Source: Lytechinus pictus (lineage: Eukaryota). From it: DNA of 64,000 nt. Positions 55,534 through 64,000 of the stretch are shown here, in pieces. A program made the position numbers and the translations under genes. Below the pieces are notes generated by a model. That model saw nothing but the letters and a program-made list of their open reading frames with translations. It made no database searches and was not told the DNA's origin. Location: assembly GCF_037042905.1 (NCBI RefSeq), contig NC_087251.1, forward strand, positions 806,001-870,000. The letters run 5' to 3'. Position 1 is the first letter of the stretch; each line of letters opens with the position of its first letter.

Positions 55534-55599
55534 GTGAAAATGATACTACAGTCCTGTACCTTAAGAAAGCTCCGCTATCATTTACATCTTCCCAAATCT
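55534..55599 (+). CDS. SLC46-family exon (GENDTTVLYLKKAPLSFTSSQI)
   Basis: ctcaacag| ... |GTAAGT; 66 nt, phase 1-1. Matches the D..LY....PL segment of SLC46 proteins. Confidence 0.85.
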
Positions 55600-55935
55600 G
55601 TAAGTATCACATCAAATCAAAAGTGAAATATAATCCCAGTGATAGCAAGGGACTGTAACTATTTGTTTTGTGGGCTAAATCAAGAGGTCATGATCAAGTT
55701 GAAAAAGTGAATGAATGAAGGAGAGAGATATAGAGAGATAAAGAGAGAGGGGGAGAAAAAAAAGAAAGAGCGATAGAGAGAGAGAGGGAGGGAGAAAGAG
55801 AGCAAGGTTTTCTGGATTTACTCTGCTCAAGTACTTTAGTCCGTTTTTAACAGCTGCTTGTTTAAAATCAAATTTCTAGGAGAGGCCAAACCTTTTATTT
55901 TGACAAACAAAAATAGATTATTATTATGGGTTTTA

Positions 55936-56455
55936 GGGGGGGGGGGCACTCAGTATATAATGCATAGTGGGTATGTGCTGCGGAGGGGACCCCCATTTTT
56001 ACACTCAATTTTCCATTCCAAGGCATAGTATTTTTGTCTTATTGAGAAAAAGAACAAAGAAAGCCGCTCCAAAGCATAACATTTTCTTCTTATCGAGAAA
56101 AAAGAAGAAAGAAATCCGCTCCAAAGCTTTGCATATTTTCCGTCACGGTCGCATTGATCGGCTACAATGAGCCGCAATTTTGGTGAAAAGCGGCCGCAGA
56201 GCGCTGTCCGACCATCGCCTCTGCGCTAGCGCGCCCGTGCCGCCGGGCTAGCTGCATGTACGTTCCATAGGGATGCATACGCATTCACACGCAGGCGACC
56301 CGTTCCAAGGACCCCCGTTTCACAAACATTTGTAGTTCCGAAGCCCGTTCCGAGGACTCTCCTTTTTACAATAAGCCCGCTCCAAGGCCCCCGTTTTTTG
56401 TCTCGCCCGCGGCACAGACCTACTACTTTTTTGGTCGAGTACCCCCCCCCCCGGG
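55936..56455. mobile_element. Poly-G/poly-C-terminated MITE
   Basis: G-run GCACTC ... GAGTAC C-run GGG; GGTTTTA on both flanks; internal CCGCTCCAA(A/G)G repeats. Confidence 0.65.
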
Positions 56456-56721
56456 GGTTTTACCATATTATTTTGTATGATTTGATGCTTGCAAACATCT
56501 AGAAGTTCGGGGATTCATATCTAATGATGATTAATACTAGCCTGATATTAAAGATGAAGTTTCGCTCATAGTTTAGCATGTCAGTACTCTGTACAAACAA
56601 CTATTCCTAGAGTATTAAAACACTTTTACTCGCCAACATTTTAAATTTTTCAGGATGAAACAGTGTATCCAACGAGACCAATTGCAGTCCTTTGATCTAG
56701 AGTCGGATATTATGTACTTAA

Positions 56722-57302
56722 AGGGGTGGTCCAGGCTGAAAATATTTATATCTTAATACATAGAGTAGAATTCACTGAGCAAAATGCAGAAAATTTCATC
56801 AAAATCGGATTACAAGTAATAAAGTTATTGAAGTTTAAAGTTTAGAAATATTTTGTGAAAACAGTCGTCATGAATATTCATTAGGTGGGCTGATGATGTC
56901 ACATCCCCACTTTCCGTTTTCTTATGTTATTACACAAAATCATAATTTTTTCATTATTTCATACTTGTGTGAATAATATGTCTCCCTTATAATGAAATAA
57001 GTTGCAGCAATAAATATCTAATGCACTAAATCAGTTGTCAACCAAATTTTTTAGTTCTTGGAGGAAAAAATTTAAATAAACCTTATTTCATATAATAAAA
57101 TACAAAAGAACAAGTGGAGATGTGACATCATCAGTCAACCTAATGAATATTCATGACGACTGTTATCACAAAATATTGCTAAACTTTAAAATTCAATAAC
57201 TTTGTTATTTGTCATCCGATTTTGATGAAATTTTCGGCATTTTGCTCAGTGAATTCTACTCTATTTATTAAGCTATAAACACTTTCAGCCCGGACCATCC
57301 CT
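56722..57302 (+). mobile_element. Kolobok-like palindromic MITE
   Basis: TTAA TSD; TIR AGGGGTGGTCCAGGCTGAAA / TTTCAGCCCGGACCATCCCT; older inverted copy at 31283-31812. Confidence 0.85.
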
Positions 57303-57715
57303 TTAATGAAAAAACAATCCAAACTGATTTTCCTTTATATTCATTGACTATCATTTGGATTGAAACACACCTATAGTGGAGTGGATGAACCCACCAAAGA
57401 TGATGCCAATGGCATTGTCGACATGTAGGTCCCTCCAATATTATGTGCAACTTTCAGTGGAAATTAACAAATTTGATTTTTATTAACATGGAGGGATAAA
57501 ATAAGGGGTTTAAAGTGGTCAAATATTACAAAGTCTGATCTTGTGTTGACACTTTCTTGAATTTTATTAATAATTCAGAAAAAAGGACTCCACTCCATTT
57601 CAGGGCAAATCTTAGATAATGCAGCCCCAGATGTTACAAAATCATCATGTAAATTATCAATCAAATTATTCTACATGTATATGGTATTTTTTATTTTTGT
57701 TTTTTGCTTATTTAA

Positions 57716-58444
57716 CCCTTATTAAACTGGGGGGGGGGGTCAATTTGACCCCCCTCAACAAATTTTGTCACTACGCCATCGCACAAATTTTTTTGATTGC
57801 GCCGCTCACTGACTTTTTACTCTCAAGTCTTGCGCATCTTTTGAGACCAAATTTGCGACGCCCAGGTACGCGGTTCCAAAATTACGCAACGTTTTGTAAG
57901 TGCATGTCAGACCAGAAATTGCTCAAAAACGTGATTCCGTGTAAAAAGTCAATGCAAATTTTGTTTTTCAACCAAAAATCATAAATGTATGATTATTTTT
58001 AGTTTTGTTGGTTTAAATGGATTTATTTTATGCTATTTATGATCGCAAAAGGGTCCTCGGCAAAGTTCATCAGGAAAAACAATAAAAAACAAAGATTTTA
58101 AAAAATTAAGAAATACATAAGAATTTAAAAAACAATAAAATACATAAGAAATTAATCATATTTTTCTATTTTTTTGTAGATATTTGTTAGAAATGTAATA
58201 ATTGATACTCCCACCAAAAATTAGCATTCTACTAGCTATATAAATTGAGTTAAAGTTAAATACATACACATAATTAATAACAAATATTAAAAAACTTTTT
58301 ACTATACACTCTTGTAGTTTAAATCCGGCTCTATGCGCTTGCAAATTTTCGCGGCGATTGCGCAATCAGCGGCCGAGATCTGAGGGGGGTCAAATTGACC
58401 CCCCCCCGTATATACTGGTCCGAAATAGCCCAGTTAAGATAGGG
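57716..58444. mobile_element. piggyBac-like non-autonomous element
   Basis: TTAA-CCCT ... AGGG-TTAA; subterminal palindromes GGGGGGTCAAWTTGACCCCCC near both ends. Confidence 0.8.
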
Positions 58445-58529
58445 TTAATGATATGTTCAATTCTATCATACTTTGGTGAAACAAATAGGGCTCATATTCT
58501 GATTATCAAAGCATTGTTATTTTCTATAG

Positions 58530-58703
58530 CGTACTACTCTGGTTCTAAGAGTGGTCTTCAGAGCTTGATGCTGTTTACATTGATGCCTCTTCTTCATCTA
58601 TGTGGTGTCCATGATTGCTTTATAGCATTAGGTGGTCTATGCTTCAGAATGAGTGGTTATGTAGTCTTTGGTTTAGCAAGGACACTATGGCAAGTATTCA
58701 CAG
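58530..58703 (+). CDS. SLC46-family exon (SYYSGSKSGLQSLMLF...WQVFT)
   Basis: tttctatag| ... |GTGAGT; 174 nt, phase 1-1; two hydrophobic helices. Confidence 0.85.
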
Positions 58704-59428
58704 GTGAGTTACTTATCCCCACCCCTCTCCCATCATAATTGCCCTTTTTTGGGGGGGTCTGTTTTACCTCGACACACACCTGCTTATTTAAATAATATTA
58801 CTTGTTAAATACATACTTGTGATATGTTTCTAAGTATGGCTTTACATGATATTGAAATCGTTGTGAAACATCAGTTTCTAGATTGATTTTGTCAGTGTCT
58901 GTTTGGTAGAATTCAGGGAGTATATCAAACTTTGGATTAGCCTAAGAAGTTTAGCAATACACAGAGAAATATAATATTGTTGGAAAACTTTGGCCACCTA
59001 GGCAGAAAGCAGGTCTCCACCCACCATGCAAGTATGGTAACATACTTCTAATATCATTCAATACCTGCTATAATTAGGATGATAACATATAATTCAAACA
59101 TTGTCTCCTATAACATTGCTTTGTCATGGGGTGCATCATGGGAATGAGGTCAAAGGTCAAATAATGCATATTTGTTCAGCCTTTTCAAGATGTTGATTCT
59201 ATGCCTCCCAGGTATGCTGTAATGTTATGGTTAGCATCTTTGTTCTCTCTTCAGAGTGAGATATGTGTTATTTAGAATGAGAAGAGGAGGCAGGGGCAAA
59301 AGTCCCAATTGGGAAAGGGCAATGCGCCCTCCAAATATCTAAATTTACTATTGTAAATTGTAAAATAATCCCCAATAATTGTTTGTCCTTTGCAAAGTTT
59401 TACTTGGAGTGGACATAAGTAGGACAAA

Positions 59429-60278
59429 CAGTAGGGGAAGGTGGGGTAAGTTGAGCCACCACCCCCTGGCCAATAATGAATGAGTCAGATATTGTGGGGG
59501 TGTCATGTATTGATGACCTATTGCATAACCCCTAACCCCACCACATTGTTTTCAACTTTGAAACAAAAAATACCTTTTTTAGAGGGAAAGATACAAATTT
59601 CAGCCAAAAAATAAAAGAGTAAAAAAGGATGTGAAACAGATAAGTGCTTTTTACATGCACACGTCTTTAAATGTAATAAAGACATAAGAACAACATTGTT
59701 AGTCCAGGTATTCTTGTCATAGTTTTTTACATGATGGATGCATAAGAAATGTGTGAATGCGAAATTGTCGCATTAAGTTCGGACTGGGGTAAGTTGAACC
59801 AGCCACCGTGGGGCAAGTTGAGCCATGGTAATTCTCATGGTAATGTATATAAAAAACAAACAAACCTTAAAAAGCCATGGTTTATGCAGGCAGAAAGGAG
59901 CAAATTTACATGCCTGTTCTTTTCCTTTTAGAGGATGTTGGTATTTATAGAGAATTAGCAAGTGAAAAGACTTTAAATTACAAAAATTGACATGCTGGTT
60001 CTTCCCCCTACATGTACATTTTGTACATAGTTTTTGTGGCGCAAATTACACCAGAAGGTGGCTCAACTTACTCCACAGATGGGGCAAGTTGAGCCATTTG
60101 ACATCTCTTTTTTCAAAGGTGACAGTGACTTTCAGTGTGGGGGTAGAAAGTTATATCTAGGTGAAAAATATTTCAGAAAACTTAAATTTTAAGGCAAGTT
60201 ACTTATTTCTACATGATCATTAATCATAACAATGCATACATGCAAAAGGTGTCACAACTTACCCCGCCTTCCCCTCCC
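59429..60278. mobile_element. pogo/Tigger-like MITE
   Basis: CAGTAGGGGAAGGTGGGGTAAGTTG / CAACTTACCCCGCCTTCCCCT; internal GGGYAAGTTGAGCCA repeats. Confidence 0.75.
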
Positions 60279-60833
60279 TATTCAGGACCTGTTGCATAAA
60301 AGTTACTAACTTTGCCTTTCTATTGTACATTTAATGGAATATTTGATTTTGAGTGGTTGTTGAGCATTGTTTCCATAATAATTAGCAAATGGCAAAGTTA
60401 ACAAGTGCTTTCAGGCAATGGGGCCCAGAATTTCTGGGGGGGGGGGGGTGAACAATGTATTTGGTTTAAACATATCTGTGTCATGAGTTATTTAAATTCT
60501 GAAAGATTGAATTATTTGCAAGAGTATTTCAGCTGGCTTTGTTATAATTATTTAGAATGTGTGGGCATCCGCTTAATGATCATTTGCAGTTCACCTTTTT
60601 TTACTATTGTACATGTACACCCTTGAAAGGAGTACAAAGCTCACAATAATTAGGTTCAATTTCCCACAACATTCTTTTACCTTTAAATGTCAATGTCCTT
60701 ATAAGTTTCAGCTGTAGAGTGTGATTTTTAATTTCCTTCTTAATACCATTTACTTTAATACCCATATGCACCCACCCATCGGACATAGAAGTAGCTTTAA
60801 TTTGATGTGAAACTGTTTTTGTTTTTGTTTCAG

Positions 60834-60917
60834 TTCCATTTTTGTTATCCCCAGCTGGTTTGCCTGCTGCTACTACTCGTGCTATGATGTCAAAGATAGT
60901 AGTCTCATCTGAACAAG
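60834..60917 (+). CDS. SLC46-family exon (VPFLLSPAGLPAATTRAMMSKIVVSSEQ)
   Basis: gtttcag| ... |GTGTGC; 84 nt, phase 1-1; conserved R..MSK.V...EQG motif. Confidence 0.88.
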
Positions 60918-63368
60918 GTGTGCATTGCCATTTCGAGTTAAGAAAGTGAATTATATGTAGCCTTGTTTGATTAGTGTACACTCTTCAAATTGGCAAAATG
61001 TGTAGTTTTTTTACATTACCACATGTACATGTATACTGTACATTTTCTCTTTACATTTAATGCCTTAAGAGTGAAAGATAGATTGATACGATACAGATCT
61101 CAAGAATGTCTTTCAAGTTAAATCTTGCAAATTTCCATGTGAAAACATGTTGAAGTGTTGATAGAGTTGAAAATTAGGGATATCATGAATTATTTTATTT
61201 CTTTACCATTGCATGAGAGATACTGTCGCATTGAAATAAGTATGATCCTGAATGGGATACATGATATGTAACTTCATAGTGAAAGCTATTCTCTCAGTAT
61301 TAAATGAATTGCAAGTCCTTTGACCTTCTTACTATTTACTCCTCGGGTCAAGAAATGGCATTATCGGTGATTTAAATAGATATTACCGGTAATAAAAAAA
61401 ATGGTGAGAAGAATTTGAGAAAGTCTCATTGATCAGAATGGTGGGATGATATTATAATGAAGGTAATTTTGATGGCATTGATAGTATTGGTGATTTAAAT
61501 AATGATTAAAATGATTAGTATTGATGATTATAGGAGAAATTCACCCTGGGGATCAAGTTGGCTTGAATGAAACCAACAAAAAATTCTTAGAGAAAAATAT
61601 TGGCGAAGGTTTGATGAAAATCCATAAATGAATAGAAGAGTAATGGATTTTTTACATTTCCTAATTGGTAAAGCTATATGCAAGCAGCTCCCCTATATAT
61701 CATGTAATATATATTTCATATATTCCATTTTGTAACAGAACAAAATGAAAAAAATGTTTTACTAATATAGAAGGAGGTATGAAATGATGTGTCTGATCAT
61801 ATACTGTATCCACAGCTCAAATAAAATAAGTAACATTTTTGAGATGGCATTTAAAAAAAAATTTATAACACAACATACATGTATGAAGGAGCTGCTCGTT
61901 TGAGACATCACAGAGTAAAAAAATCATCAAACATTCATAACAACCTTATTCCCTTTATATAGCAGATTTTTATCAAACCTTCACAGATATTAGAACTCCT
62001 TTAAATTGATAGTATTGATTAGAGTGATACATGATACCATGTGATGGCATCTGTTAACAGTATTCTTGAAGAATATGATGAGTGTGAACACTCCTTAGGC
62101 TTATCAGATAATCTCTGATGCACAGTCATTGTCCTACTATCATAACCTATACATATTGTGACATCTCTGCCGACCTGTTTTGACATAAAACATTCCCAGC
62201 AGTGGGGGTAGTAGCCAGTGAAACTGAAAATAAACACTTTTATGAGATCTCAAACACCTGAATGAATTGAAGACATTAACCATGATAGTAGACTTGATGA
62301 ATGGTTATAGTGAGAGTGTTTACTTGTTCCTTCTGCCCACACATTGAGTGATATTATATTGCACAATCTTATGAGAACTGTCATGTTTGTGATAATGGAT
62401 TATACATAGCTAAACATTCAAACTTCTATCTCCTATAAATCACTTTATATCTAAAAATATACATTGATGGAATGCTTTGTTTTACTTCTCTCTTCTCTCT
62501 CATTTCATTTCACTGTTTGATTTTTTTAGGGGCGGCAAATAAATGCAAACTGTACATACATATATGTAAAGAACATTCTTTTAAACAGATAAAATTTTCC
62601 TTCCTTAGAGGAAACGAAAATCCAAGAATGTTTAATCAATCTTAGAAGAAAGAATAAAATAAGAGAACTGAAATATACATGTAAAAGTATTGTATGTAGT
62701 TTTATCAAAATCAGTTAAAAAAAAAAGAGAGGAATATGAATGTTTAAAAAGTCTTGTACTTTCCATGGGATCCTCAAATTTGAAAAATTGTTTAAATTGG
62801 CTGATTTTGTAGACAACTCTCCATATGTTTTTTAACAACTTTAAGACCTTTTCCCATTATCTTTCAAATTGCATTTTGCCTTCTTCCGAGCAAAACTTAT
62901 ATCATGGGGAAATACAATTCACACCACATGCATGTATGTCAAGTTCAGAAAGAGAAAATATGAAATTTGTAAAATAATTAATGTGTACAAAATGTTTGTC
63001 TAAAACAAATAAAGTCAGCCATTATGATGTATGTTTGCCAATTTGAGGATCCCTGTAGAAAGTGTTGCAAGACTTTCTAACTTCCTTTATTATCTAAGTT
63101 TATAACTGATTTTGATGGAGTTTGTTTTGAATTAATCCTTCCATTTTATTAAAAAAAATGAAATTCTCTCGTTGGGTTTAGTTACATTTGATTAAAAAGA
63201 AAACAGTATTGTATCTTTGATTCTGGTTATTATCATATTTTAAAGAAAGAAAGGAAAAAATTGAATGGTAATATTGTAATGACACTGAATTTTTTTTAAA
63301 TTGTCAATTAAAATCCTTAATTGATAATTGAGGTTATATATATATTTTTTTTGCTGTTCTCCTAACAG

Positions 63369-63528
63369 GAAGCTTGTTTGCCCTGACTGCATCCCTTGAA
63401 ATGATCACTGGTCTGCTAGCATCACTTATATTTAATGCTCTATACCCAGCTACTATAGACATTATTGGAGGTGGATTAGTCTTTATTCTCATGGCAGCTA
63501 TTCTTATACTTCCAGCTTTGCTGCTTAT
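63369..63528 (+). CDS. SLC46-family penultimate coding exon (GSLFALTASLE...IFNALYPAT...LPALLL)
   Basis: cctaacag| ... |GTAAGT, phase 1-2; FN.LYPAT motif typical of PCFT. Final exon lies beyond the window. Confidence 0.88.
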
Positions 63529-63760
63529 GTAAGTTTATTTGATTAATTTGATGGATAGATGACATTATTTTGAAAGTGATGGAAGAGAGAGAGATGGAGA
63601 GTTGTGAAGTAGAATCTGACTGACATGGAACTTGTGATAGGATAACAATGCAAGCAAAATTGACTGACAAAGTTTAGGATGATGGAGAGTTTGTCAAAAG
63701 TGGTGAAGAGACTATGTGACAATTTGTGCATGCTTGCAAAAATTGAAAGATGCTGTAAAA

Positions 63761-63892
63761 GATGATAATAATAATGAATATGTTATTAATGGTGATGATC
63801 GTGAAGATGGTGGTGGTGGTAGGAATGATGATTATTATAATGGTGGTGATGATGATGTTTATGATGATGATAATGATCACTTCGATGATGGT
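63761..63892 (+). repeat. Degenerate (GAT/GGT/AAT)n trinucleotide tract
   Basis: Direct inspection; it explains several low-complexity ORFs. Confidence 0.85.
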
Positions 63893-63961
63893 GCTTAAGT
63901 CTAAATTTAGGATTAGTACACAATTTACACATTCGACATGTGATAATAATGCAAGGTTTTT

Positions 63962-64000
63962 GTCTCGGCTGCATAGCAGAGTGAGACTATAGGCGCCACT
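63962..64000 (+). mobile_element. 5' end of a second copy of the same HINE family (runs off window)
   Basis: tttttGTCTCggCTGCATAGCAGAGTGAGACTATAGGCGCC nearly identical to 38560-38600. Confidence 0.8.

Noticed and set aside
63674..63992. His-, Asp-, Met- and Ile-rich ORFs
   Set aside because: Readings of a degenerate trinucleotide repeat in an intron.

Overview
AT-rich eukaryotic genomic DNA from a marine invertebrate, probably a sea urchin (inferred from the repeat landscape, not proven). Two spliced genes are transcribed divergently. On the minus strand are the first two coding exons of a CRIM1-like gene (25387-25117, 14088-13861); the rest was not found and probably lies left of the window. 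On the plus strand is an SLC46/PCFT-family MFS transporter with a probable non-coding exon 1 near 46.7 kb and coding exons at 48911-49832, 55534-55599, 58530-58703, 60834-60917 and 63369-63528; the last exon is off-window. The 21-kb intergenic region holds a near full-length, inactivated I/Nimb-type LINE (gag ORF1; EN-RT-RNaseH ORF2; (GAA)n tail) interrupted by a Helentron/DINE-like element. Many non-autonomous DNA transposons are scattered throughout (TTAA Kolobok-like and piggyBac-like, TA-flanked, hAT, MULE/foldback). The most unusual items are: a 168-bp SINE whose head looks derived from the 7SL RNA Alu domain rather than a tRNA (23588-23755); a 59-bp minimal hammerhead-ribozyme-like insertion with a perfect 12-bp target duplication (14410-14468); and a furin-type RXKR site created across the CRIM1 exon junction.
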